Assembly (NCBI RefSeq): GCF_001949145.1
Contig: NW_019091359.1
Location: 2,456,861 to 2,520,860 of the forward strand
Reading direction: 5' to 3'
Length of the DNA: 64,000 nucleotides
From: Acanthaster planci
Lineage: Eukaryota
In this document: positions 37,418-51,254 of the stretch, piece by piece
Layout of the letters: every line of letters begins with the position of its first letter
Position numbering within the stretch: the stretch's first letter is position 1
Notes under the pieces: model-generated
Told to the model about the DNA's origin: nothing
What the model saw: only the letters and a program-made list of their open reading frames with translations
Database searches by the model: none
Translations under genes and position numbers: made by a program

Positions 37418-40400
37418 ATGATGATGATAGGGGATGACGTGAGTGAGCCCTCCTCACCGGAGTCTGCTTTTGACGACTCTGATTTGCTGAATTCGTCAAT
37501 GCATGATGATGTCACAGCACAACTTGCCGCAGCAGGTAGCTGTCATTGATAAACTTCGCTTTTTTAGAGTTGTAAAGAGCACAAAACTGTGGGAAAATAA
37601 CAAATGCTGTTGACGGAGTAAAAGTTAAAACCACTTTCTCTTGCAGGGTTGTTTGAAAAATGGATGAGGTGGCTGAATGGTATTTGTTCTTTTTGCATCA
37701 CAGAATTTTCTAAGATGGTGGCTGGATCTTCCAGAGTCTTTTGCTTGTAATTTTGGGTTTAAACTGAAGGAGCTTTAAGCATTTAATCAATGCTTGTTAC
37801 GAATTTTTGATTAGCACCTAGAATAGGACTAACGTTTCTTGTAAAAATGTTGGTTCAAATTTCTTTCAGGTCCAATTGGTGTTGCCGCTGCTGCCGCCAT
37901 AGCAACCGGAAAGAAAAGAAAGCGCCCTCACTCCTTTGAAACCAATCCTTCAATCCGTAAACGACAACAGACCAGGCTGCTCAGGTAAAGCTACAAATGA
38001 TTGCTGTGTTAATTTATGAGAATATGAGGAAATTATTCTCATGAACTTTATGGTTTTTAACTTTGCAAAATTTAGAGTTGGTGCAAATGATGTGTTTCTG
38101 CAATAGATCCTTCTGACATGTACTCAATCTGAATTTGGAGACACTTGAGTTGTCCTGATGCACCGAGCTGATGGCCAAGAATCTAATCAATTCAGTCTCA
38201 GATTTCTTGCAACTTAAATGTGGGACAGACATTAACCTTGCCACCTTGAAGTACATTGTCTGTATTGAACGTGAAGGATATTCGGTGATCTTGGTTGTCT
38301 TCAAATAAATGTACATCTTTTTTTTTCTGAATTTTGCTTCATGAATAGAAAATTGAGAGCTACAATTGACGAGTACACCACCAGAGTTGGTCAGCAGGCC
38401 GTAATGATCTGCTGCACTCCAGGAAAACAGGAAACCAACTTTAAAGTGTTTGGGGCCAACCCTCTTGATCACGTGGTCAGTGAAACCTTATTTTATTTCT
38501 TTGTGCATTTAGGGAGATCATCTCAATTGCTGGTTGAAATCTGAATGAAAGCATTACAGGGCCTGGGGTGTAGGTCCTAGCAGAGTCTCTCTTAAAGGCC
38601 AGAAAACTCTGGTTTTTTCAAGGTAGATTTTGTCAAAAGATATTTTGCAAGAGTTAAAAAGCATTTGAGAGAAAATTCATTGTTCAAACATGGAGTGAGT
38701 GTGTGTAAGTCCTTTTCAGCATTTTTTCTGGTGTTGATTTTAAATGCTTATTGTTTAACTCGACGCACTTTGAAAAAGTAACAGGAAGGGATATTTTGAA
38801 TGCACCAATTTTTCAACAAGAGTGAAAAGACTTTGCCAAAATCTCACCGCAGTATCATTACCCATACTGTAATTTCAAAAAGTTAAATGCTTAAGTGATC
38901 TCCCTGGAAGTATAGGATCTATTGAATTATGCATCTAAGTAGGAGATACATTATTTGATTGGATTGACTACGTTGGATTAAAACTGATTAAAAATTATGA
39001 ATTTAGTGATTAATTTGAAATTGGCAAAAATAACTAGTTTCAGTCACATTGCAGAAGTTTCTCACGTTGGTTGTAATTTCAAGTAGAGTTAGTAGTTTGG
39101 AAATTGAAATGACTTGAACCGATTATTCCCTCTTGACCTTTGAACTCTGACCTCATGCCATCAGGTCCGCAGCTGCAAGAGCGTCATCATGAGCGAGCTG
39201 GAGAATGCACTGGCGCAGCAGACCCCACCGGCCCAGTCGGGTGATAACACCAACCTGTATGACCTCCCACCGTTGGTGCTAGATGGCATCCCCACCCCGG
39301 TCAACAAGATGACGCAGGCCCAGCTCAGGGCATTCATTCCGCTCATGTTGAAGTATTCCACAGGGAGGGGTAAGCCTGGCTGGGGGAAGGAGAGTTGTCG
39401 CCCGGTCTGGTGGCCGTCAGATCTGCCCTGGGCGAATGTACGAAGCGACGTACGTACGGAGGAAGAGAAAAAGAAGGTATCATACCAATAAAGGAGTATT
39501 CGCTTGCCATAGATGAAGGTATCATACCAATAAAGGAGTATTCTCTTGCCATAGATGTTTGAGGTCTGCAATTGGTTGCATCATTTAGAGTGTCCACACA
39601 TTTGCGCAGACATGAAGCAAACAGTAGAAAAGGACCGGTACATTTTCTCCCACCAAGCATCTCAAAAGTCTTCCATTTATATCATCATTCCGTGAAAAAT
39701 ACTGTACTTAATAAACAAGCCAAGTTTGGTATTGTTTTTTGCTTTATAACAAATTTCCAGCAAGGTGTCCTGAATGCATCATTGATTATAGCACCAACAT
39801 TTTGGTCACAAACCTAGAATCGAATAATGCAGACTCAAAATTCTCGTGTGTTTTGCAGAGTTAAGTTTTGCTAAAGGTGAACTAGAGGTTGTGAAATCAT
39901 TAAAATAGGCATCGGTCATTGGACTCATCAGTTGTCACTCCAGATATGAAAGATACTGTCATCAGAACCAGTCGTAATTGCAGCATACTCGGCAACCCAT
40001 CTTCCCCAGGTGTCTTGGACTCACGCCCTGCGCACCATCGTCAAGAACTGTTACAAACACCACGGGAGGGAGGATTTGCTGCCAGAATTCACTGAAGACA
40101 AAGACGTCAAGGACCTGATGCAGCACCAACGGACACAGACCACCATTATCCCCTCCCACGCCGTCGTACAGACCATCAATAACCCTGACGGCACTGTGTC
40201 CCTCATACAGGTTGACACGGGGAACACCGTCGCTACACTGACTGATGTCAATGTGAGTTGGAATGCCCTAATCCTGTTTTCAAACTTCGTTACAGTATGT
40301 TGGTACTGTTGCCTGTGTAATACGTATATTTAGGGCTGTAAAAACCATCCGACCAGAAACATGCAATAAGAACGCTATGCAAGGGTTCAGACTATATTTA

Positions 40401-42937
40401 AATGGTGCAAATGATGTATTTTCACAATAGATCCTTCTGACGTGTACTCAATCCAAAGTTGGGGACAACTGTCGTACACTGATGCACCAGACGCTTTTTG
40501 ACAGTACAAATCAAAAATCAAACCTTTTGAGTCAAGTTGCAGTATTTCAAATGTGTGGAATCTGGGTTTCCGTGTTTTTCTGCAAACAAAAAGTGACCAA
40601 ACTGCTTGTAATTACCTGGCAGGATTACTACCGTTCCATGGAGGGAAACACAGGGTAAATGCTAAGTATTCTTTGAACTGTGTTCATGAAATATAGACTG
40701 TACTGTTAGGATCTACTTTCATGAGCGGGTGTGTGTGGGACCATGAGGTATGCATACCTGGTGTTTCACTTTTTTGCAAGGAAGATGTACAAGCAGTTTT
40801 CATCAGAATGTGCACAAATCCTTGCATTTTGGAATGGGCCACATGCCATACAGTGGCATGAGGTTATACTCTTTGTCACTATTAAAGGACATTTAACCCA
40901 AATCAGAATCCTGCTGTTTGCAGTGACCTGTTTCAATTTGTAACATGAAGAGGGTGTAAATCAGTTCCTACCATGATCATATAGAATGATATATTATCAT
41001 TTTAACAGGTCTCTCAAAGAGTTTTAATGCCATTACTGACAGATTTTTGTCTGATATTGTCCATGTTACAGCAAGTGCAACAGGTACAGCAGGTTCAACA
41101 GATGGGTCAGATCCAACACGTCCAGCTGCATCACATCCCGGTCCAGCCCCAGCAGCAAGCCGCTCAGGCCGTCCAGACCCTGGCCGAAGCCGCCGCCTCC
41201 CAGGCCGGCACCGTGGTCACTACCACCACCCTCCCCCAGGCACCTCAGGCCACACCCGTGTCGGTGGAAATGAACAGTGAAGGCGCGGCCCAGGGCGTGG
41301 CTACCATCGCCGAAGCCACGCTGGCCGAAGGCACACACATCATGCTGGCCAGTAACGGTGAGACTATGGGAACCATCAGCACAGTCGGCACTGATGGAGC
41401 AACACAAGGTACGTATGGAGATCTTTTGCTCTTTTGGCAACCTTATTTAACGGGAGGTCTTACTAGCATACCCTATCTCAATATTCAGATAATTGTGCCA
41501 TTCTGAAAAAATTCTTTTCGGTGGATGAGCAGGGTTCTAGCCGCAGTGGGCAGCGCCGGACGGTACCACCCTGTACTGCAAATTTCCGCCCGGCACTCGG
41601 GGGTGAAATTGGCTGTGCCACCCAGCACGGATATTCCAAAAAAATGAACTGAAATATTACTGAAAATTTAAATGTACCAATGGGATCGTATTTCAAGCAT
41701 CAGAAAGCATTAAGAACTGCACTCACTATGCTTCGTAATCCAAAAATTTACCCGGCACTAAATTGGTCCTAGCTAGAACACTGGGGGCGAGGGAAATCTC
41801 ATATAAAGATTCTTATTTCAGATGGTCATTGTGTTATCACTCAAGTCCTAGCAGGTTTTTACCTTTATCAGAACCATTAATGAAAAGCAGGTCAACTACA
41901 GATCTTTATCTCGATCAGAAATATGGCCTTTTCATGTTGTGTGTGAGTGATATTGTTTTTACAACTGCTTTTACTCTTCAATAAGCAAGGGAACTCTGAT
42001 CATGTTTGTGTTTTGGGTGAAAAAACAATAGTTTCCCTTGCTAAAATGTCCAACTTCTTGTTTATAGTATTAAGAATCCAATCTTACGTACACGTAAGAG
42101 ACTAGTAAGGGCCTTAATAACCCTCATTCCCAGAACTCTCAAAGTCTATTAGTACCCAAAGTTGAGGCCAGCAATCCGCTCTGAGCGGGAACAAAAGAGA
42201 GCATAGTTTTTAAATGAAATTGACACTCCTTTGGTACGAACTCACCACATAGGGCACAAGTTTATGCGCGTTTGATGCTGAGTACACACAACAAATTTAT
42301 TCTGGGATGTATGGTCTTCATGTGCACATTGAACGCATGCAAGAACCGAGTTAGAAATGTTCATACCAGTCTGTCTTTCTTTTGCCCTTGAGGATACACT
42401 TCAACTCAGGGCGGATAATTTTAGACTTTAAAAACCCTGGAAAATTTAATCAAAGAATCTATCATCATTTTGCTTCCTGATAACCTTTCGTAGAGAATTC
42501 AGGCGTACCCATAGCCAAATTCAAGGAGAGTTGACCCACAACTGGCTGCTTCTACATTAAAGATCCCCAGGTTAGAAGTAGTCATTGTTGTTACCGTTGG
42601 TTATTTTACCCCAGGCATCGTCATCCCAGCCTCCATGTATCAGAGTATGGTGAACAGCATGCAACAGCACGGCGGACAAGTCCAGGTACACACCCAGCTA
42701 CCCGTCCACACCGTGGCCGTAGTCCAGACCCAGCCCACAGCCGTGGTGCAAGGCCAACACATCCAGCAAGTGGTGGTGCCGTCTGGCATCGTGACGGCCA
42801 GCGGGCAGCTGCAGCAGGCGCAGCAACAGCAGCAAGGGCAGCCCCAACAACAGCAGCAGCCGCAACCACAGCAGCAGTCCGGGACGGTGCCGTTGGCGAC
42901 CCAAGCCGTGGAGGTAGTCACTATTGAACAGCCATGA
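37418..42937 (+). CDS. NRF1: Nuclear respiratory factor 1 / erect wing / P3A2 family transcription factor (about 524 aa)
   Basis: Exons 37418-37535, 37870-37984, 38349-38475, 39165-39476, 40010-40252, 41072-41408, 42615-42937, all GT-AG and in phase. Motifs DDSDLLNS...GKKRKRPHSFETNPSIRKRQQTRLLRKLRATIDEYTTRVGQQA, LPPLVLDGIPTPVNKMTQAQLRAFIPLMLKYSTGRGKPGWGKESCRPVWWP, VSWTHALRTIVKNCYKHHGREDLL, TINNPDGTVSLIQV and C-terminal AVEVVTIEQ. Confidence 0.97.
38080..38170. repeat. Dispersed repeat shared by two NRF1 introns (second copy about 40404-40490)
   Basis: ggtgcaaatgatgt.ttt...caatagatccttctgac.tgtactcaatc...ctgatgcacc in both copies. Confidence 0.7.
39473..39556 (+). repeat. 42-bp tandem duplication spanning an NRF1 splice donor
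   Basis: gaaggtatcataccaataaaggagtattc(g/t)cttgccatagat x2. Confidence 0.9.
41530..41783. mobile_element. hAT-like MITE in an NRF1 intron
   Basis: TIRs CAGGGTTCTAGC / GCTAGAACACTG with internal CCCGGCAC repeats. Confidence 0.6.
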
Positions 42938-45914
42938 TCGGCTCCATCAGTCCACACACTTTACTTTCTTTGCATGACTGTTTGCCAGCTTGGTCTCTCT
43001 ATATTCATTCACTTTGCAGATGTTTAGAATTTACAGTTGAAATATTTACAACTTTTTGCACTATTTCACAAATGAAGCACCAGATTACATGTCCACTCGT
43101 CCTAGATTAAAGTCCAAGTCCAAATAACAAACTTGAAATTTCAATTTTTGGTTTTACCCATCATCTATACAATTCAATAAAACGTTAATGCTCAGTACTT
43201 GAAAAGTTAAATCTTTCAATCACAACTTTCCACCCATAAACCGATACATACTTATACATTTTTTTCCATTGGGTCAGGATTCACAAGCTTTTTCAAGAAA
43301 GATCCAGACCAGTCTTTAAAATCTGCAGTGGAACTTGAGATCACTAAGGTTAGTGAACACAACAAAGTCTCCAAATTATGCCATGAATGTCCGCTAGCAG
43401 ATCTCAACCTTTCTCCTGGTTCCCCTCCAAAGAAACCAGTTCCGAATTGAGACATCACACAAGCGTTCATGTATTTAATACTTTTGAATGCAATTGTTAC
43501 AGCAGATTGGTTTCATGCTATTTAGTGTCAACAAACATCAACAAGTTTCAACAAAAAACGGCATTTTTAGCTCCTAAATGTGACATTCAATACATCACAT
43601 TCATTTCCAAAGATATTTTAATGTGCAATTTTGATCACCCAAGTGGGCAAGTGACGGTACTGTCTGTCCGTGTAGAGAGTCTGGCTGCCATCTTGTTTGC
43701 ATGCGACCCATTGAGAAAAGAAAGATGATGGCTTCCACCCTGTGTAAAAATATTGTTTTCCTGCAACTAAAAATTCTGGAAGTGAATTCTTCAACATTCT
43801 AAAACTATAAGATATGTGAGAGCCTTTGAAATGGGATGATGTGTCTCTTAAACTTAAAAGCACATTTCAAGGTTGTCAACACTTTGTTGATGCCGATTGT
43901 GTTTGTTGATGTTCCTTATCACTAAACAGCACAGCCCCAAGACTGTGGTCTTACAGTGATATGGATTTGAAAGGTGCCAAGGCCATCTTTGAGAACAGAC
44001 TTTATTACACAGCTCTGTAAAAGTTTGGTGCTACATTTTTCAAGTACTTCAGAATAATCAAAAACACCATCCTTGGACAAACTTAACAAGTCACTCAACG
44101 TCAAGTTGTCTCCTTTTTCAAGGGAACATTCTTTAGAACCAAAGTGGTTAAAAACCTGTTGTGTAAAATGCAGATTTAGCATTACCTTCTGCTGTCACTT
44201 GCCCTGCGTTGCTGCCACTGGTGAAAAGCTACCATACTCCCGCATACTTTATTCATCCCACAGCATGAATAATTCACCAACTCACGTTTTGGTCTTGTCG
44301 ATAGTGAGCAGCTGGTATGAAAGATTTTCTTCAAAGCCGCATTGATATTAAACAAAAGAAATGTATGAAGAAAAAACTAGATTCATTGAGCACAATGTGT
44401 AATTATGAAATTGTACTGATTCGCAGTCTTTTCATTGCTTTTACTGTGAAAAACAGGAGACTTTTGGAATCATCCTGTACAGTAGTTAATGTAATTCAGA
44501 TGTGCTGTGGAGTGGGACATGGTTTAGTTTGTAACACAGAAACATGTTGTTCTCTTGAGTAAATTCAGAATTGAGTTGTTGATATGGAGCTGTCAAGTTG
44601 TTCAGCCAAGGTAGACCTGAGTTTAGAGCGGCATCTGTTATTTACTGGGCAAGAAGATGTAGAGGCCATTATGGCACTGATACCGTCCTCGTGCACAGGA
44701 GGTATACTCTCTTGATACCTCTTAGACCAGTAGTTGTGACATCTCCGAAGTACAAGCATTTGGGTCTCTCCTCATTTAGCAGTGTTAGATCCAAAGCTCT
44801 TTCATACTGGCAAACTTCTCTCTTGTTGAATCGCATGTTGTTGGTCATTTAAATGTGTTTCTTGAAGTCATGAACATATTGTGTGGAGTAGACACCTGTT
44901 TCTGTATTTCATGCCAGTTCATTAGAATGAAGATGAACTTTTACCTCTTTATTTTTATCTGTGAAGACTTTTTTTCTTTTTAAATTAAGGGAATTTTTTA
45001 GTGAAACTGAGTGCAAAACCTTTGCTGTAGTTTATTTGGTGGGCTGTCGCATAGTCCACAGTGGACGGTGCCCACTGTAGACTATCATCAGAATGGAATG
45101 GCAGTTTCAATTCCATTTGTGCAAGATAACTGAAGTTGTAAAACAATTGGATGCTCATTCAAGTGAGCGCACCCCCCCCAGTGCTACGCTAGATGCATTG
45201 GTAGTGTAACATTGTGTCCTCTTTGCAGCTTCTATAGAGAGCACTTCATGAGCACTTAAAAATCTGGGGTATTTTGGGAACGTCCAAAGCAAATATGCGG
45301 CCGATTTCAAAATTTTTAACATTGAGAGCCTCTACCTGCACTGTGTGTGTATAGTATCTGTGAGTTCATCAAACATGTCTGGCAAGACAAGTACCTGCTT
45401 ATTTTTTATGACACTGTGTTGTGACCAGCTCGATAGGATTGCTTCTTTCTGGAGTTTTCGATGGTGGCACACTCAAATAACCTGCTCTTGGCTCCATGTT
45501 ATTATAAGGACAAAAACTTGTATAGTAAGTTGCTGCTATTGCCAATTTGAAATATTGCATTTAAATGTCTGTCGTCTTTATTTAAACCTAAATTGGCTCT
45601 ATTCTGTTTGAATGTTCTCAGGGTAGAAGACCTCACTTGTTAAATTAGTGTTCTTGTGTTTTCTCATCTAGAAGAAAGATGCACCATTAATCGATTGTAT
45701 TGACTTGTATGTATTATGTTGTACAGTTTTAGAATGTGTGAATAGAAATCTGTACATAGGAGGTCTTACCTCCCTGCAGAGTACATTAAAGGCAAAAAAT
45801 TAGAAATGAAATCGTAAGCTTATTTCATGTGATTTTGCTTTGTGTTTTGGTCAGTGTAGCAGATGCCAGATACCAGCTTGTTATAAAATTTCCCACCATG
45901 TGTCAGAGACCATA

Positions 45915-46037
45915 TAGAGGCTTTGCATAGTAGCCATCTTGCAGGGCAGTTCTTTGTTCCACAGGGAAACCTCCTTTGTGCATACTCTTTGGAACAAAAG
46001 CACTGGTCTGCAAGATGGCAGCCATGCAAACCCTCCA
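45915..46037. mobile_element. About 125-bp MITE (inverted copy at 49635-49757)
   Basis: Ends TAGAGGCTTTGCATAGTAGCCATCTTGCAG / CTGCAAGATGGCAGCCATGCAAACCCTCCA. Confidence 0.7.
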
Positions 46038-46111
46038 TCCAAGCACGCATACATTCGAGTCCAGAGTCTTGGTAACAACTCATGAGTTTCAGTCAAATTG
46101 GCCGACTTCAT

Positions 46112-46283
46112 TATGGGCGATTCACAATAGTGCACCTCCGAGAGTTTGCAATGCGTTGGCCAATCACAACAGGCGAAATTCTTTGACCCTTTCCAAACGT
46201 GCATTGGGTCAACAGATTTTGTGCATTGTGATTGGCCAATGCTTTGCAAACTCTTTTAGGTACATCATTGTGAAATGCCCATA
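46112..46283. mobile_element. Palindromic MITE with long TIRs
   Basis: TATGGGCGATTCACAAT...GAGTTTGCAATGCGTTGGCCAATCACAA mirrored by TTGTGATTGGCCAATGCTTTGCAAACTC...ATTGTGAAATGCCCATA. Confidence 0.7.
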
Positions 46284-46589
46284 TTAGTGACCATGTGTGG
46301 TAGGTTATGCTCAAAATACACCTGGGTACCAGTCGAAATCAACCAGTCGTCCAAGATCAGACTTTACCAATACAAACTAGAACTCGTTTCAGTCGCATGT
46401 ATCAACCAGAAAAAATCTTACTTCCAATGTGAGTTTTCAACTGTATAATTAGATCCTTGAAATTGTTCAGCTGAGTATGTTTAACATTGGATGCCAAAGC
46501 CATAGACAGTTATATACTTTGCATTGATTTACTTATATCTGTTCATCCAACAGCACATTTAATGCCAATTACAGAATGAAATGACGACA

Positions 46590-46749
46590 AGGTGGGAGGG
46601 AAACCCTGAATAAATAAATATTCCAGGGAAAACCCACGGAATCGGACATGGACTGAAGATCCAGTCCACATGCTGACCTAGGTGGGATTCGAACCCAGGT
46701 CGCAGAGGTGGAAGGCGAGGAAAGAGCCACTACACCAACCTGACTCCCC
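46590..46749 (-). mobile_element. tRNA-derived SINE (head plus part of body)
   Basis: Minus strand GGGGAGTCAGGTTGGTGTAGTGG (A box)...GGGTTCGAATCCCACC (B box), followed by GTGGGTTTTCCC...GGTTTCCCTCCCAC; no intact cloverleaf. Confidence 0.7.
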
Positions 46750-48098
46750 TGACTTTAAATGCTGCAATATGAATCACTTTGGCTGGGTATGCAAATGCAC
46801 AAAGGTACACACATACTTGCTTTCTACTTGTGGGGACTGCTCCTTTGTTGAATAAAACTTGGTAACCGTGAGCACCAAAACTTAAAAATTGTTTTAGAGG
46901 TACCTTAAATAACCCCCCTCCCAATTTGGCTAAGATTTTCCTAATACCCAAAATGCAATCCAAACACGGGTCATTCCATAGAACGTTTCACACAACACAC
47001 AGATATAACGGCACACACACACACTTACTATTCCATCATTTTCCACTTTTAATCATAATACCCATTGGATCCTTGATTTAAATTGAAGCTAAAATCTACC
47101 GAATCATCAGATGGTAAAAGCAACCAACATGGAGATGAAATGGCTCGGGATATTGGTGCTGCACACACTTCAAGTATCAGAATGTTAAATATCCAAATTG
47201 CATAAGATTTATTTAACCAAATTTTACTAGTCGATCTATTGATAACCATTTATGGCAACTTGAAAATGCTTTGGTGACACTCATCACCTGATTTTTTGCA
47301 TAATAAGTCAAAGGACAACATTCTGTGTCACTTAGTTAGTAACACTAGATGTATTTCTGCGTCATCTTTACCGATTTAACCCAAAACAGGAAGGTGGATT
47401 ACTAACAAAAGGACATTTCAGCAGAAGTAAAGACAGAATACTGGCGCTTTTTTTTTTATTCTACCAACTGTCAGTCAAAAAGTGTTTTCTTCAGTTAGTC
47501 AACTTGGTTTCCCAACTGCAGGTAAGTAAGACCCCCCCCTCAACTCCCCCTCCCTAACATCATTTAATGAAACATGCTTTTGAGAATTTGGAATAAACCA
47601 ACTTTCTGACAGTTTCACAAAACTGTCCGAAAGTACGGCCCTCACAGCTGTTACTTCAAAGTCCACACATTGCCCTTTTTAGGCCCTGAATCATGTGTTT
47701 CAGAATTCAAGAATAAGAACAGTGACAAGTAGTCCTCACCTGTTACCTAAATTAAAAAGTACCAGAAATGTCATTTAAAAGAGTATTCAAAAAAATTCTT
47801 GACAAGCTAATCAGTGAATAAATTTAAATATCAACTATGTCAGAAACGATATAACCCAGATCTTTCCCATGCATTTTCAATCAAAAGTTGTTAAAATCAG
47901 AAATGCTCTATACAGAAATCAATGAAAATGAAATGCATGTATCTAGTTTATTCTTGAACCCAAACTGGGATCATCTGATTTCAATATGATTTTACACACA
48001 CCCTGGAGAGGTAGAATCATTACAAGAAATGTGAAGTGATGCTAGCCATGAAAATCCCAAAATCAACCTCTCCAGTCATTTGCCCACCAGGTTGGCAT

Positions 48099-48685
48099 TT
48101 AACCACTTGCTGCCGGGTGCTTTTAAAAATGCAGTGCACACATACGAGAGATTTTCAAGATTTTCAGTTTTCAAAATTCTTCAAAAATTCATAATTTCAT
48201 TTAATGGCCATTTACACCCACACGAATGACTATTTGGTGGCTACTCTAAGTTGACAGGCAAAATTTATTGACTCCTGAGAATTTCAGCCAGGCCTGCCGC
48301 CCTGTAAAGAGAGCCCACAATTGTGAGGTAATGCATAATTTCCTTTGTCCCCAGTGAATGCGAGTGGCGTCTTTTCAAACGCGGCTGGATTAGCATGCAG
48401 GAGGGCTGTGTCACTGTGTCAATGGGGCCCTGGAGCACTTTTGTCTGTGGTGCTAATCCGCGGGCGCGCTATGCCCAAAACAGTGGTATACTGTTTAAAA
48501 ACAGTGCCAGATTACCTTCGAAAAATGCAAGTCAAAAAATGATTGCAATTCCCAGCAGCAGGTCTTTTGTTCCAAGTACTGTCTTTTATTACACGGACCA
48601 GTTCTTTTGTCCCATTTCAGGCACCCCCGCTCTGTGTATAAACCCATGGTGCTCCAAATGGGGTTCCCCGGCAGCGAGTGGATAA
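48099..48685. mobile_element. piggyBac-like non-autonomous element of about 580 bp
   Basis: TTAA-CCACTTGCTGCCGGG...CCCGGCAGCGAGTGG-ATAA. Confidence 0.6.
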
Positions 48686-49634
48686 TCCTCACCACTCTCC
48701 ATGGTTTTGGATAAAAGAGACCACTTTTAAAACCATCATTCTCTTTCCCAGAAAGGAATGCCAGTCCACCCATACCCAAACCACTGTATCAAGATGCACA
48801 AAGTAAGGTCAAATGACTGGGGCCATCATGGCTTACCTCATTTTTGACATTACAACGCGAGGTAGAAGTCAGATGTCAAAATGTATATTTTCATGAGCTG
48901 AAATACAACGACAGTGCAGGGACACTTTGTGACACTGCATAATAAACAATTTTGGTTTTGCGGACTGACACCAGGGAATGCATACTCACTGCCAACACTG
49001 ACACCACATGGAATAATTTGGGTATTCACCACCTACCAAGCAAACATGTAGTGGAAAACTTGTAAGGTTTAGAGAATCTCTATCTGCAAACCTTTCAACT
49101 GTGGGCGCTCCAAAAAGTTTCGCTCTGTGAAAACAAAAATGCACTGAATGCAAGCGCACTGTTACAACCAGAATGACAAGGTTTAGTCAAGTTGTGCAAA
49201 AGGAGCCCACTCAAATACCACCAAGTGTCAGTTCATGGTGTCTGCATCCAACCTGTACAGTAATCCATACCAAACCACACTGGTAATAATCAGGACGATG
49301 AGCCACACTTACAGCTTTGCCAGCTTTCATGCAGCAGCAGAAAACAAAAAGTAGAGATTGACCGACAACCAGTGAAATGTAATAGATATCAAACAATATT
49401 CTTGCTGGTAACCTCTCCTTACTAAGCAAGACTTGCTCTTGTAGGCTGGTCTAATCATGGAGGAAGGACAACTGGCCCTATGGTTCAAATGTTTGGAAGG
49501 AAAGCTGTCACAATTAATGCTTTACTTAGTTTACTGTATGATTTATTAAGATTTTGTCACATTTACAATTGACTAATTTTAATTCAATCCAAAGTGGTTT
49601 TGAACCTAATATAACGAATACTCTGTAACTTCCA

Positions 49635-49757
49635 TAGAGGTTTGCATGGCTGCCATCTTGCAGGCCAGTGCTTTTGTTTCACAGGGTACAGACAAAGGAG
49701 GTTTTCCTGAGGAACAAAAGAACTGCCCTGCAAGATGGCTACCATGCTAAGCCTCCA
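49635..49757. mobile_element. MITE, inverted copy of 45915-46037
   Basis: Reverse-complement similarity across the whole element. Confidence 0.7.
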
Positions 49758-50968
49758 GAGGCTTTGTGTCTTAGAAATGTTCAAAATTTTTATAACCATG
49801 AGTTGGGTACCTTATTGCTTTTAAGAAAAGATTCCTTGTTTTTAACCAAAATGCTGCTAAAACTATGGTTGGTGGTGGACTCCTCACAAAAGAAAAATGG
49901 ATGTTCAAATAAAGGTGCAGAAAGTGTTCCTAACAACAACTAGTTCTCTTTTAACAGGAAAAACACAAGTTTAAAGAAAGGTGTAGGAGTGATCTTTGAC
50001 AATTCAATAAAATGTACTACATAGAGTATTTTGGAACAAGTTGCTTTAAAGTTAAAGCATGATTGTGGTATTGAAGCAATGTTTAATAACACACCTTTAT
50101 TCCCACTGATCAGAAGTAGACCACTGATTATATTGTAACAAATACCACCACACTGTGCTAGGAAAGTAAACTAAACTACGGTAAGTTAGAAACAATATCG
50201 AAGTGAAGAGCTACTTGAGCAATATTCAGGGGTTTGCCTTAGGGCTGTGATCTGTCATTACTATGGAGGTCAAAGTTTCAAAACTACTGAAGCTTCAGTA
50301 ACTGAACCTTATGCTTTTCTCGATTCAGAAGGTGACTTTATTTCCTTAGTCTTTTAACTATCAACAAGATGCAATCAGAATCACATGCTTATTTCTCATT
50401 TATGAGACAGTGAATTCCTGATTGTTATCACTGTTGGTCCAACCAAACAATAAACAGTTGCTCAATGACAAACAAAATATAAACGATACGAGAAATACGT
50501 CATAATGTCAAGGAAGACAACAAAAACAGACCGTCAAAGACGTCTTCAAATTCTAACCTTTTATAAAAAAAAAATGCTTCCTTGATAGTAAGGTTTACTT
50601 TACGCTGAAAAACAGAAATACACCAACAAACTTGAACGAGATACTGCACACACTGTGATGGACTATCTTATTACCGTTTGCTGTTGAACAGGAATGGTAC
50701 TTTTTTCTGAGGTAATGTCTACAAAGTTCATGTACCGGATAATACAGGTATAATACTTTTTAAGCAATGGTCATTTTACTTGCAAATTTTCATTTACAAT
50801 GCCAGTGTCACATAAGGTAAAAAGAAGGTGCAGCTAAGATGTTCAAAATGAGACCCATGTTGCCAACTTTCATTTCCCTGATTTTGTAGTAATCAAGCAA
50901 AGCATGCTTCTTTTTTATTTGTATGAAACTGGTTTTGAAATTCTATTCCTTATCTCAGTAATTCCAAA

Positions 50969-51254
50969 TTAAGTAGGTCCTGCAAAAAGACAATGTGTCT
51001 TGTACAGACTTGCACAGAGGTGATAATGCCAATAACATGCATGTCCTCACAATGTTGAAAATGTTCTTTCTCAGTGTCAAATTTGGGTGAGATTTTGCCC
51101 AGTAGGGCAAATTTTGAGTTTAAGTAGGTTCCTACAAAAAGACAATGTGTCTTGTACAGACTTGCACAGAAGTGACAATGCTAATAACATGCATGTCCAC
51201 ACAATGTTGAAAATGCTCTTTCTCAGTGTCAATCTTTCCGTGAGATTTTGCCCA
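50969..51254. repeat. Tandem duplication with about 151-bp period
   Basis: ttaagtagg...aaaaagacaatgtgtcttgtacagacttgcacaga...gtgagattttgccca x2. Confidence 0.9.

Noticed and set aside
46675..46749. tRNA gene
   Set aside because: A and B boxes are present, but the acceptor and anticodon stems do not close and the sequence continues into a SINE-like body.
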